This document shows positions 38,101-63,954 of a stretch of 64,000 nucleotides of DNA, piece by piece. The translations under genes and the position numbers were made by a program. The notes beneath the pieces were generated by a model. That model made no database searches, had not been told where the DNA came from, and saw only the letters and a program-made list of their open reading frames with translations. The stretch's first letter is position 1. Every line of letters begins with the position of its first letter. Origin of the DNA: Hormiphora californensis (lineage: Eukaryota > Animalia > Ctenophora); assembly GCA_020137815.1 (NCBI GenBank), contig CM035362.1, positions 2,790,001 through 2,854,000 of the forward strand. The letters run 5' to 3'.

Positions 38101-41100
38101 ATGATTTAAAACTTTTAGATGTGTTCTAGAAAGACACTAAAGTCGTTCAAATTACTTATTCATCAACCGTCTTATATATTTTGTAAATATTTTGTAATAA
38201 TTTGTAACACTTTGTAACAATTTGTAACACTTTGTAACACTATGTGACACTTTGTAACACTTTGTGATACTTTGTAACACTATGTAACACTTTGTAACAC
38301 TTTGTAACACTATGTAACACTGTGTAACACTTTGTAACACTATGTAACACTATGTAACACTTTGTAACATGTAACGTGCACAAAAAGTTTACTGCACATG
38401 TTACAAAGTGTTACGTGTCACCCCCTGTGTTAGCACACTGCTGATTGCAGTTCGTAGAATCTCACTCCCTCTCTACCCTGCATCACTTTGTTTTCTAAGA
38501 ATTGTCTCTTGTGCACCATAAAGCAGGATATTTTGCGGGGAGAGAGAGAGAGAGAGAGGGAGAGAGAGAGAGAGGGAGAGGGAGAGGAGGAAACATATAT
38601 ATATATATATATATATGACACATGTATGTGTCAGCACAGTATCGGACAGAGTGTCCTTGAATCTCAGTTCTCCGAATCTCACACCCTCTATTCCCTAAAC
38701 CACTTTGATTTCCAAGTAAGTTGAGAACATGAATCATGGTTTCAGACCAATCTCGTCAATCTCCAGACTCGCCAGAAACGGAGACGCAGATCGAACTCAT
38801 CAGCATTCAGCCGTAAACAGTATCGGTACGGGTACACATTACACAAGATACTAAGTCAGGCGCCCCAGCAATCTCGATAATCTGAGACCACCGAATGATC
38901 TATACCAAGTTGCCCGAAATGACAGAGAGCCACCTTTACAGAGCCACCTTTACAGCCGGTTAGAATATAACGAATGCTCCCTGTAGCATCACCACTGGTT
39001 CAGGTACAAAGTCTGGGAGCCCAGCTAGTACCCCGAGGGCCTTCCCCCGCTCAGGATCTTCTTCTTCTTCTTCCCCCGCTCAGGATCTCTGTAGGTAGTC
39101 TCGAGATGTTGATCTAGCTGGTCCTACGAGCATCACAGTTCCCCAACTAGACTCGGCTCTAGGATTTCCTTCACAGCTCTGAAGGGACTCCTCTCTGTCG
39201 CTTCCTTTCTCTATCCTTCTCTCCTCTCGGCATTCCACAGCTTAGACAACTGGAATGCAATCTTTCTCACTCTATCACCCCGGCCAACCTTCTTTTCCGC
39301 CTTCAGTCTTCACAACTCTCCTCTCCAGCCTTTCAGAGATCAACTCCTTGTACTCCTTCCATCTACTATCAGCCCCCGATGGCCAGTTCATTCATCTATT
39401 CCTTGAGGTAGGTGGTACTAATTCTGTGTTCGTCTTCAGTAGGGCTGTGGTATCTTCAGCACTGTGGTTATTAACCGGGCCAAATTCCCCACCTGAGCTT
39501 ACAGGACCTGGCAACCTGCAGCGCCCCATCCCACCTCCAATAAACACTTCATCTTCCCTTGATCTTCCCTTCCTACCTCACAGACCCATGAACTCCTTTC
39601 CACAACACACCTAAACGGCGAGAGAGAGGGAGAGAGAGGGAGAGAGAGAGGGAGAGAGAGGGCGAGAGAGAGGGAGAGAGGGCAAGATAGAGGGAGAAAG
39701 ATGGCGAGAGACGGAAAGAGAGAGGGAGAGAGAGGGCAAGAGAGGGAGAGAGAGAGGGTAAAAGAGGGCGAGAGAGGCTCCCGGACTCCTGACCGACTGG
39801 ACGCATGACCGAATGAAATTCAATCCCCCTTATCTCTTAACCCCTAACCCCTAACCACACCCCTAACCCTAACCCCCACCCTAACCCCACCCTAACCCTA
39901 ACCTAAAACGTAGCCCTAAAACTTGGTCGGTCATGCGTCCAGTCGGTCAGCAGTCCGGACACCGGCGAGAGAGAGGGCAAGAGGGCGAGAGAGGGAAAGA
40001 TAGAGGGAGAGAGAGAGGGCGAGAGACGGAAAAAGAGAAGGAGAGTTGAGAGGTAGAGAGAGAGGGAGAGAGAGGGAAAGGGAGAGGGAGGGAGCCGGGA
40101 GGGAGAGAGGGAGGGAGCCGGGAGGGAGAGAGGGAAAAAAGTATGTTCTATTGCATGTATTATTTAACGTGTCAGCATAGTATCGGACAGATGTCACAGT
40201 GTCCCTCTTAGACCCACTTTATACCCAAAATCAGGGTAAATACAGTTACCCCATGGCTACTTAGAGAGTTTTCCCGTCCTAAACTCCTAAAAGTACCCCT
40301 TTCGGGATTAATTTCGGCCATAGCCCCATGAGGACTGGGGAGGTTCCATAATAAATGGTTCGTAAGTTTTATTTATATAATTGGAACTTTTATGGGCAGT
40401 TTAAAAAAAGACCATTTAATTTTTCTTCTGATAGCGGGTGAACAATCGTCCGAAATCCGCATCGTATGCCAGTAGCTGCTGTGTCAACAAGTCAAAGATT
40501 GCAAGTCAACGTGTAAGAGTTTGTGTAACTAAAGTCAGCCTAGTATCGGACGAATGACAGCAATATAAACCCTTTATAAGTGGACCTGATGAGTGCTATA
40601 AACTAGTTATTATCATAACATCACTAATATGTTCTCTAAGATTTGTCTTTTTGTCCTTCTGGCACTCGCTGCCGCAAAGCGTCCTCCCCGATTCCCCCAG
40701 GACTTCAGATGGAGCATGGGCGGACCCGTCAGGGGATGGAGGTGTGTGCAGATTATTGAACCCTCCGAGCCTCCCCACACCACCTGGAGGGACAACTACT
40801 TCTGCCAGCACCCCCACACTCAAGACATTGGAATGAAGTGGAGTTATGCCGGGCCCATCAAGGGAAAGAAATGCGTTCAGATCCTTGAGAGATCTGACCC
40901 TCACACTTGGGCTGATAACTACCTGTGCACCAACCACAGGGCACCCAACATGAGGTGGTCATCCGCCGGACCCAAGGGAGCCTGTGTTCGATGGCACGAG
41001 GGTTCTGATAGAGCGGGAACCTGGCACGACAACTACTTGTGTCGAGCTTAAATTCTGTGAATTATTGATTAATAATATTGAATTTTGTGGGATCTTTTTC

Positions 41101-44100
41101 CCGGCAAAGATCATGCGTTTTTTTCAATGAATAGGGTAAACTGTTCAAAAAACTAAAACGAGATTGTGACAGATCTAGCATTAGGTCAACTATATAGTTC
41201 ATGCAATCAAGGGCCCATCGCTCACTCTCTGTCACCATTCACTGTGTATGATTACATCAAACACAGTGGACTGCTGGGTGCTATGTGAGATCTGATCCTT
41301 GGTGAAGTGATCTGATCCTCGGCAGAAGGATTTGATCATGGGTGGCGTGATGCGATCTGATCAGATGACGGGAAGTTTAGTTTAGTACAGTCGGACCCCG
41401 ATTTAGGGCCCCCCGATTTAGTGGCACCCCGATTTAGGGACAGGATTTTTTCCCCCCGATATAGGAAATTAGCCTTATTTGACCCCGATTTAGTGGACAC
41501 CCCGATTTAGTGGACAAGAGCCTTTCCCCCGAGGGTGTCCCTAAATCGGGGTCCGACTGTAGTTAAGTAAGATATTATAATAGGTCTTGCATGATAGTAG
41601 GCACCATGACGCCATCTCACTGCACAACCCATCCGGCTCCATTTCCAAGGGTCACCACACACCAAAGTTAAAATTAAAATTAAAATTTTGATTTTAAACC
41701 CGCACACACCAGCGGCCGTTAAAATTTCTCTCCCCATTCTAAAAGTAACGATCTCACGCACGATTTTAACGGTCGCGTTGGATGATAAAATTTTAACACG
41801 CCGTTAAAATCGCGCGCGAGATTGTTACTTTTAGAATGGGGGAGAGAAATTTTAACGGCCGCTGGTGTGTGCGGGTTTAAAATCAAAATTTTAATTTTAA
41901 TTTTAACTTTGGTGTGTGGTGACCCCAATTCACCGTTTCTACAACAATTACCTTGTTATTGTTGTGATTTACAATTAACTGCTAATATAGCCCAACTGTT
42001 CATTTTGAGAATTCTGATTACAAAGATATTATTTGCCGTACTGTTATATAATATAACTCAAATCCCCCAGTTTCGTCTCCTTGTTTATCACGGGAGCTAC
42101 CAGGGGACTCAACTGGGTTCGATCAATACCTTACTCTCGTTTTTTAAGAAACGCTTTAGTAAGAAACTTGTTTATAAGAAACTTTTTAAATGTAGATCAC
42201 ACAATTCAGAGACACCACAACAAAATAGAACACCCCTAACTTGTTAAGTTTCTTGATAAAGAAGAAATTCTTTTTGTTTTTGGATTGCTTACACCTGTAG
42301 TTTCCTAGAAAAAAAAGTTTCTTATTTAAAAGTTTCTTGAAATATGCGAGCTTAATTAACGAGAGTAAGGTATATGTATTTCATTATTTATATTAATCAA
42401 CTTCTTACTGTGAGCTGAGAGGTCTTTTGGTGGACGCGGGAGGAGACAGGGGTCGGGGAGGTGGTGGAGTTGGAGAAAGGATGGAAGGTAGATCACGGGA
42501 CATTGGACGTAGAGGGGGCGATTCAAAAGTACCTGAGCGAAGAAAAATAATTGTTAGAATCAGAATAGAAAACATCGTATTTTTACGATACATATACTTG
42601 CATCTGTAATTTCTTACTGGATTGCATTGAGGATCTGACATCAATCTTGTATGCTTCCATTTCTTTCTTCAATTGTTCGATCACTTTGACGTTCTCCGAG
42701 TGCCCTTCTGCTATCTATAGGAAAGAAATGATACCGGTCTATATATAAGAGATCCAAAATTGGGTTTGCATGATTTTTATTGTGAGCCTGAGGTGTTACA
42801 TCCATGATGCCTCCTGTAGGCTGGAGGACCCATCATTCCGAACATCTTTTCACTTCACATCACATTGCAGTAGTTGTTGAAAGTTTGAAACTTAATTCTC
42901 AGTCTTACAATGGATCTCTCTAACCCATTCCCGATCCTGCCAGGCTCATTACCATTGCATCGGGTTAAATTTTAAAAAAGTCACAAAACTGAATCTCTTA
43001 CCAACTCTTGCCTCAGTTTACTATCTTCCCGAAGTTTTCTTGTAGCAGACTGGAGAGAGTCTTGCTCAATCTCTTTTTTCTCATCTTCCTCTTCATCTTC
43101 GTATAGGTTTTCACCGTTAAATACCGTTAAGTTAGGAAGGTCCTGAATCGTGGGGCACGGTCAGAGAGGGTTACTCTCGGCTGGTTGAGCCTTGGATCAC
43201 GCTCGGCACGATAAGAAAATTACAACAGGTGAGTACCGCACGCGAATGTAAGGGGAGGGTTAGAACATAACTGGTGAGCAAGACAAGTTGTATGGTAAAA
43301 TTATGGGCGATTTGATAAAGGGACAAAACAACTCACATCCAAGAAGTCCTCCTCGTTAAAATTATCGCTCTTCAAAATAGGATTCCCCATCAGGCTCAGT
43401 ATTGATAACCGTTCAGGAAGCTCCTCGCCACTGATATTTTCTATCAGATTTTCACTAAGGTCCAGTGATACAAGCTTATCAAGACAAATTAGACCTTCGC
43501 CCACGGTAACGATTTGGTTTTGTTGAAGGCTGAGGTGCTGGAGAGTGGTGCCAAGTGATTCCAGATTCTGGACAAGGAAACAAAATAACGATTAGTTTGC
43601 TTGATACCAGTTTGGTAACAAACCCGAAAAGACATATTTTTGACAAACCTCAATGACCGATATTGAGTTGTTGCCAAGATATAAATGAGTGACATTTCCA
43701 AGGAGCTCTAGGTTGTCAATAAGTGTTATTCCACATCTATCAAGCCAGATCCTTTTTATTTTCATAAGCTCCACTTCCCTGATGGAAATTTAATTAATTA
43801 ATCAATTAAAATTAACTATTCTTCAACTTGGTTGGTTGGTTGGTTGGTTGGTGATACTAAGCCGACGTTCTACCAAGCTCTTTGAGCAAACTGATTATCC
43901 CAATCACTTGTGTGAAAGAGAACAGAATGGTGCCCCTTGGCTTCGTTAGCGTCTGTCGTCTGATAAAACTAAAATTTAATCTTTAATTCTTCAACTTTAA
44001 TACTTTAATACTACTGTTTGTCATTTTAAAGATGCTGCTGATTAACTTACAGTGATGAATCCTTGTTGATTTTATTCTTCTTCAAAATAAGTTCAAGCGA

Positions 44101-44118
44101 TATTGGAAGTTCTGCCAT
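35194..44118 (-). CDS. Leucine-rich-repeat protein (SDS22-type LRRs, LRRC46-like); exons 44051-44118, 43649-43778, 43337-43567, 43002-43142, 42618-42714, 42409-42532 and probable last exon 35194-35422
   Basis: IWLDRCGITLIDNLELLGNVTHLYLGNNSISVIENLE...LSLQQNQI...LDLSENLI...LSLMGNP and LRRcap-like LPNLTVFNG. The last exon joins in phase 2. Alternatively the gene stops at 42405. The LRRC46 assignment is from memory of the family. Confidence 0.8.
35862..38425. mobile_element. Composite foldback/TIR element with 10-bp tgtaacactt subterminal arrays and nested palindromes
   Basis: ggggtgacacgtaacac...gtgttacgtgtcacccc termini. About 35862-36150 is inverted against about 38066-38425, with further inverted pairs inside. 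Confidence 0.85.
37091..38035. repeat. Near-perfect 945-bp palindrome (arms about 445 bp, spacer about 54 bp)
   Basis: 37091-37535 is the reverse complement of 37590-38035, with about two differences seen. Confidence 0.95.
38920..39610 (-). mobile_element. Internally deleted, decayed non-LTR retrotransposon fragment (NeSL/R2-group-like)
   Basis: Broken minus-strand peptides WPSGADSRWKEY, PFRAVKEILEPSLVGEL, DQLDQHLETTYRDPER and GSIRYILTGCK resemble the pre-RT and CCHC regions of RLE-type elements. Contains stops and frameshifts. Confidence 0.6.
39776..39963. mobile_element. Mutator-like MITE with 9-bp TSD GGCGAGAGA and an internal CCCTAA-type repeat tract
   Basis: GG...CC termini, TIR ccggactcctgaccgactggacgcatgaccga, TSD at 39767-39775 and 39964-39972. 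Confidence 0.8.
40629..41051 (+). CDS. Small secreted protein of three tandem WSxxGP...CV...ExxD...TWxDNYxC repeats; intronless; nested antisense in the probable last intron of the LRR gene
   Basis: Signal peptide MFSKICLFVLLALAAA, three units of about 38 aa with 2 Cys each, and TATA-like tataaa upstream at 40564 and 40597. Confidence 0.9.
   Translation: MFSKICLFVLLALAAAKRPPRFPQDFRWSMGGPVRGWRCVQIIEPSEPPHTTWRDNYFCQHPHTQDIGMKWSYAGPIKGKKCVQILERSDPHTWADNYLCTNHRAPNMRWSSAGPKGACVRWHEGSDRAGTWHDNYLCRA
41648..41926. mobile_element. Palindromic MITE (gggtcaccacacaccaaag...ctttggtgtgtggtgaccc); partial copies 16381-16553, 19455-19630, 21383-21478
   Basis: Near-perfect inverted arms of about 120 bp. Confidence 0.9.
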
Positions 44119-44233
44119 GGCTGCCGAATAAATTTGATATAATAATATGGAAGAAGAGAGACTCGGCGATTTATTTCAGGAAGAATTACTTGATGTTTCG
44201 TCAACTGATTGATCATGAGACTCATATCGAACC

Positions 44234-44302
44234 TGTCTGGCGGCGCCAGACCCCAATTTGATTTGATGACAGTGCGCTCAGATGGGTCGCGGCGCCAGAC
44301 AG
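44234..44302. mobile_element. Tiny TIR element (ctgtctggcggcgccagacccc); copies near 27005-27060, 36622-36712, 54872-54943, 55547-55618, 56578-56649
   Basis: Recurrent unit of about 70-90 bp with inverted ends. Confidence 0.7.
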
Positions 44303-44680
44303 TATCGAACGTGGCAACACATGAAATTTTAAATTATTAATGTTGAATAAAGGAGTAGCTTTTACTGAAGCGTGCGCTGTAAATTTGCAGTTTTTGGCAA
44401 CTAATCATCAAGCTAGTTTTTCCATTTTCTTCTCTTCTATCACACGAAACGAAAAGTGGGTCCTCCGTCCTCGGCCCAGCCTTTTCAGTTTTTTCGCCAA
44501 TCGCCTCTGCTAGAAAATCGAAAAGGCTTGGATTCTGTTTTAAATAGTAATGGTTCACTCGGCTCAGAGACCAAAACTAGGGAAATTGATGATTGACGTC
44601 TGATGTCAGATGACAGATGTAGACACCAGACAGGAGCCTAAAAAGTCGAGAACGAAAATTTGAAATATTTTGAGTTGCAG

Positions 44681-44952
44681 GGCGCGATTATAATCTGGGT
44701 GCCTTGCAGCCTGTTTACAGGTGCGCGCTACCAAAAGAGTATACTTAGACCGACTTTTTTCAAACGGCTATAGCCATGGAACCACATGGCCGATTTGAGT
44801 AAACTAAACGGTATCAGTTAGAGAATCGATAGCCCTAACCGATAACCCCAAACCAAACCCTAACCAGACCCTAACGGATAGCCCTAACCCATCGCGCGCG
44901 CCAAAACTACGAATTGTTAGCAATGAAAGGCACCCAGATTTTAACGTTTTCC
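44681..44952. mobile_element. Mutator-like MITE with 10-bp TSD TGAGTTGCAG and CCCTAA-type repeats
   Basis: TSD at 44671-44680 and 44953-44962, imperfect TIR aatctgggtgcc. Confidence 0.75.
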
Positions 44953-45493
44953 TGAGTTGCAGTGCATGGATTCATTGAGTTTTCTTCGCGCGCGCGTCGT
45001 TCTACAACGACGGCGTGCGCGGCGTCATATTTGCGCGTGATAAATTTTTAGCCAATTAAAATTAATTAGATTTTTGGAACGGATTAGAAGCTCTGACCCG
45101 CCTGGATAACGACAGTTGGTCTCGTTCCCACCTGTTGACTGTCAGCATAACAGCTGAGAATGACATGACATGGCGACCCGCGACAAATTGCCATTGAGAT
45201 CGACGATCACTGTCACTTATCAGCTGCAGCAGTGGTAAATGGTAACTGGTAGGCGCTACCAGGTAGGGTTACCTGTCTGGCGATATCGATCCAAGCCAGA
45301 CAGCCGGTTACTCTCATTAGTCATTTTCCAAGCTCCTGCCTGCTTTTGTTCCACTGTAACATCAGCAGGCAGGACCTCGTGTTACGTTCGCCCCAATGGA
45401 GTTCCAATAACCGACACCCGGAGGATAACAATTAAAACAACAACAATTTACCAAAGCAACTCTAATATGGTATCACATTAAAAATATATTTCT

Positions 45494-59317
<13,824 letters not shown>

Positions 59318-59696
59318 GAACTAAATAATAAGATGATTGTTTAAATGAGATTTAAAACTTAAGTTGTATGAGTAGTAAAGACTAGTAAAACTAGGTTATT
59401 TCTTGGTTAGTTAGGTGTACAATAAACAATTCCTGTCCAGAATATATTTAATTATACTACAAAAGAAGAACCTTTCATAACTGTCAGATAACATAATACA
59501 TAAGTATAAAATTTTCTTTGATGTCAACAAATTGTACACAAAAATATAAACACTTCTTTCACAATCGTCAAATATAGCTAACCGTTTTGCTACTATGAAA
59601 TGCCCCTCTAATATGTTTCTTGGAAAAGGAAAGTGGCATAGTGAGAGAGTTGATTAAAACTGGTACAATAAGACAGACACTGGATTACACGAGTAA

Positions 59697-60637
59697 TAGT
59701 AGGGTCGGTTGTGGGAAGTTGGGTCTGGAATTTTAAATTTGACTTGCTGATATGATTAGGGACTCTATAAAAAGTCCAAAGTACCATCCCACAGGTCTCT
59801 ACCACCCCCGGTTCACTAATTAGTCGTAATTATGTGATTTATGACGTTATCGCCAATTAGCACTAATAATACCAGTTCCTGGTCACTTAGAGCTTAGATT
59901 TTGATACCAGCTGGTAGAGGATCACTAGATTAGTGGGCATGCAAAATTTTAGGTCGATCGGAGTTATGGTTGAGGAGTTATAACCGTTTTTCTGTTTGGC
60001 TGGCGGTTGGCTGGCACCACGTGGGATTACGGGTTTAGGTCGTGGTAGGAGGTCGTCATTGGTCGCGTTCGATCGGGCTCGATGAGGTGATCAAAACCTA
60101 GTGGAGCCAGACCTTGGCCCCACCCCGTTCTTGGGTTATTGGGCTTTTTCGGTTTCCCGCCAAAATATTTTCCCGCCAAAACCGAAAAAGCCTAATAACC
60201 CAAGAACGGGGTGGGGCCAAGGTCTGGCCCCACTAGGTTTTGATCACCTCATCGAGCCCGATCGAACGCGACCAATGACGACCTCCTACGACGACCTAAA
60301 CCCGTAATCCCACGTGGTGCCAGCCAACCGCCAGCCAAATGGAAAAACGGTTATAACTCCTCAACCATAACTCCGATCGACCTCAAAATTTGAATGCTCA
60401 CTAATCTAGTGATCCTCTATCAGCTGGTATCAAAATCTAAGCTCTAAGTGACCAGGAACTGGTATTATTAGTGCTAATTGGCAATAACGTCTTAATACAC
60501 ATAATTACGACTAATTAGTGAACCGGGGGTGGTAGAGACCTGTGGGATGGTACTTTGGACTTTTTATAGAGTCCCTAATCATATCAGCAAGTCAAATTTA
60601 AAATTCCAGACCCAACTTCCCACAACCGACCCTACTA
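59697..60637. mobile_element. 941-bp foldback element, TAGT...ACTA termini, 3-bp TAA TSD (Academ-like non-autonomous, inferred)
   Basis: Arms of about 460 bp with few mismatches and a 22-bp spacer. TAA at 59694-59696 and 60638-60640. Confidence 0.85.
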
Positions 60638-60792
60638 TAAGGGGGAACAAGATTTACACGTATAAACCCAGTTGGTGATGCGGGCTGCTAGTGTTATATA
60701 ATAGGGGTAACTGTGTCACCAATATGTTACGCAAATGAGGTTGCACAGGCAGGATTAGATCGAGTTAGGCAAATGAAGTTGCACAGGCAGGA

Positions 60793-61380
60793 TTACCTCG
60801 TCCCCTGATCCTCATCACCCCGACCTGGCGTTCTGTTGAATACCTCTTCTGCCGTCAGGGGTCTTAACTCTTTCTTACTTTTTCTCACCGGCGTCAATGC
60901 TCCCTCGCCGATCGCTGTAAAATAATGATGTTAGAGTCTTGCTGGAAAGACACATATATATTCTGATAAACACAACAAGAGAGTGCCTTTTTGGACATCC
61001 ACGTGGCTATTTCTCTATCCCAGGAACCGACCGAATCAGGAAATACTGGTTGATAATACTGGTTGATAACCAGTCACGTGACCTAAATAACGAGTTCTGA
61101 CTGGTTGTTTACTTGTGTCAATGTGTCGGTCGGTTCCTGGGCCATCCTTTATTGGAAGTGATAATAGCTTTCAATACGGTCCTTGTTTGACCGAGATCAG
61201 TGGCACTGATCTCGGTCAAACAAGGACAAGTAAGGCACTGATTCAGTGCCTTACTTGTACGGGGTGTTTGACTAGGAGCATCTGAGGCGTTTGTATTGTT
61301 TCGAAGCCTCTTCTTCAGCGTGTTTGTTAGTTGCTTGTAGTAATTTACATCTCTTTCCAATTGTATCACCTTTGGATCTT
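60793..61380 (-). CDS. KIF27: 3' exons of a KIF27/KIF7-like kinesin-4 gene (61255-61380, 60793-60914); upstream exons not found in the window
   Basis: KVIQLERDVNYYKQLTNTLKKRL and TPVRKSKKELRPLTAEE resemble KIF27 tail motifs (LEKDLxxYKKTxRDxKKKL; TPVKxxRKELRQI). No motor domain is visible. Confidence 0.7.
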
Positions 61381-61484
61381 CTGAAACAATTTATTGGGGT
61401 TGACAAATTTTTGCCACAACTTACCTATATAATAAGAGATAGAACGAAATAATAAAAGCTGCGGTTCTCTAAAAAGTCATGTGC

Positions 61485-62670
61485 ATGGAGAGCACCGATC
61501 AAGGTATTGAGAATCATTCTCTGAAATTTTGTTAAAAAATGTTTGAAAAAATTTCAAAGTCAATTTTGTGAAAAAATTTTCAAAGTCAATTTTATCGTAA
61601 ATTTTCTATGTCAATTTTTGCGTACGAATCGTGTTTCGAATCGGCAATGCTATACGGGAATGGTATTGCTAATTAGCAGGATTAAACGAACCATGAATCG
61701 TGTCTCTCTAAATTTCTTAATTAGATTTGATGGGGGATCACGTATCAGCACAATCCATCTCGGACCCACTAATTACCAATATCACTCCCGTTTAGCATTG
61801 TCGATTAGAAACACGATTCGTATACCATAATTTACTTAAAATATTTTTCACAAAAAAAATTTCACAAAATTTCAGGTAATGATTCTCAATACCTTGATCG
61901 ATGCTCTCCATGAATTTTTAGAGAAACATTTAATTTTGTGAAAAAACTTTGTAACATATTTCAAAGTCAATTTCGGAAAAAAATTCTATGTCAATTTTGC
62001 CGTACGAATCGTGTTGCGAATCGGTGATGCTATGCGGCAGTGCTCTCGCTAATTAGCAGGATTTATTGAAACATGAATCGTTTCCCCTAAACTTCCTAAT
62101 TAGATTTGATGGGGGATCACGTATCAGCATAATCCATCTCGGACCCACTAATTAGCAACATCACTCCCGCTTAGCAATACCGATTCGAAACACGATTCGT
62201 ACGCAAAAATTGACATAGAAAATTTTCCATAAAATTGACTTTGAAATATTTTCCAAACTTTTTTACAAAATTTCAGAGAATGATTCTTAACACCTTGATC
62301 GGTGCTCTCCATGAATTTTTTGGAAAAAAAAGTTTCTGAATTTGTTGACCCTCTCATGAGGACACGATTCGACAGGAAGTCAGGTATCAAATCAATCCAT
62401 ATCGAACCCGCTAACTAGCAAAATCATTTCCACATAGCACCACCGATTCGAAATAGGGTTAATACGGCGAAATTGACATTGAAATCCATACAATTTTCGT
62501 GAAATAATTGAAAAATTTTGCATGAAAAAGCCCGATTTCTGGGCATTTTTTGACCAAAAAATTCGGTGGTTCGGCCAAAATTTCCTACCGAACCGAACCG
62601 AACCGAACCGAACCGCCCAAAAAACACCGAATTTCCGAACCGAACCGAACCGAACCGAATATTCGGTCGC
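61485..62670. mobile_element. Complex of alternating inverted repeat units ending in an (ACCGA)n tract; probable DNA-transposon derivative
   Basis: catggagagcaccgatcaagg / cgtacgaatcgtgtttcgaatcgg units recur in both orientations. A related segment lies at about 30360-30500. Confidence 0.65.
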
Positions 62671-63149
62671 TTCCTGTCTCACAGGTTAGTCAGTGACTAA
62701 TAGTCTCAAACTCAATTTCATGAATCACCGTATTTCAGACCAAAACAGTTTTTCCCACTTCAAGCGCAGCTGTTATACTACAGCTCTACTGTGTAGAGTA
62801 ATTAATCCAGTGGGCTCATATATTATGATCAATGAACCATATATGATCAATGACCCCGGGTTTATATAATGAATAAACCCGGGTTTATATGTAGCGGGTC
62901 GCCCGGTAGGGTGCTTCGCTACACCATATACTGCCCCACCTGTGAAGCAGGGAGGGTGGTGTCTGGTATATGGTACAAAACCCGACCAAAGGGAGGGGTT
63001 TATGCTTTATATAAGCAAGGATTTATTGATTATAAACTTTAGCGGCAAAAACAACCTTGCTTTTTTATAGCGGGCAAGATATATACATCCCGCTGGGGTT
63101 TATTATAGCGGGTATAATTTACTATCAAAATCTTGTTGATGTGTTTCAG

Positions 63150-63954
63150 ACTGGACAGCAGTAGTGCGGGATAATTGGATTATACCCTGGGACCTGGAGG
63201 AAATACCCCTCCAGATAAAGACGAACTCTACAATGGGCAGTGGTGAGGAGATCTCGGTGGACATGTACGGGAAGGACAGCCGCCATGTCGGTCGTGTAGC
63301 TATGAAGTTCTCCTCCACCATGCAGTGTCGGATACTCTACTGCACCGACATCGGGAAACTGACAGACTTCCTAATACAACCCCCGCTTGAGGTGGATAAG
63401 ATCTGGACGATCACCAAAACAGAGACCGCCATCATCATCACATGTAACAATGTGAGGGTGCTAAACTACCTGTTCGCAAATAGTTCAAATATCGACTGTG
63501 TTCGACCGTTGGAGGGTGATGTTGTGGAGGGGATCATGTTTCACAGTAATTATGACAGAGCATCTAACTTCTACAGAGCAGGTAAGGGTCTTTTTTAATA
63601 CCACTTGTAGTGGTCATGGGGTTGGATTGGATCAGATGAGTTGGTGTTTGGCTTGTTGGTTAAAGGACCCTACAGAGCTTGGGTACCATGCCTGATTGAT
63701 CCATAGTGAGCTACAACGTGTAACTCAGAACTCTCCGATCCCCGCTGCAATCGAACTCACACCTTGATCTTTCCATTTAGCACCAGAGTGTCCTGCATTT
63801 TCTGTTGAGGGATCAACACAAGGAAACTGGGTTGCCTCATCAACAGGGACAACTGCAACCATCGAGTGTGCTGCCAACCATAACCTTGTGGGAAGTGCTA
63901 CACTGATTTGTCAGCAGGATGGATCGTGGTCAAATGATGTACCACAGTGCATTG
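63150..63954 (+). CDS. Internal exons of an extracellular modular protein: 63150-63581 (WDLEEIPLQIKTNS...VDKIWTITKT module) and 63781-63954 (sushi/CCP domain)
   Basis: Two phase 1-1 exons. The second reads CPAF...ATIECAANHNLVGSATLICQQDGSWSNDVPQC, a CCP consensus. I recall the first module from ctenophore proteins but cannot verify it. Confidence 0.85.

Noticed and set aside
39838-39906. Chromosome end or telomere fusion
   Set aside because: Short, degenerate and enclosed in a TIR element with a TSD.
42780-42965. Intronic H/ACA snoRNA candidate in the LRR gene
   Set aside because: One hairpin and an ACA are present, but there is no convincing H box or second hairpin. An Infernal search would be needed.
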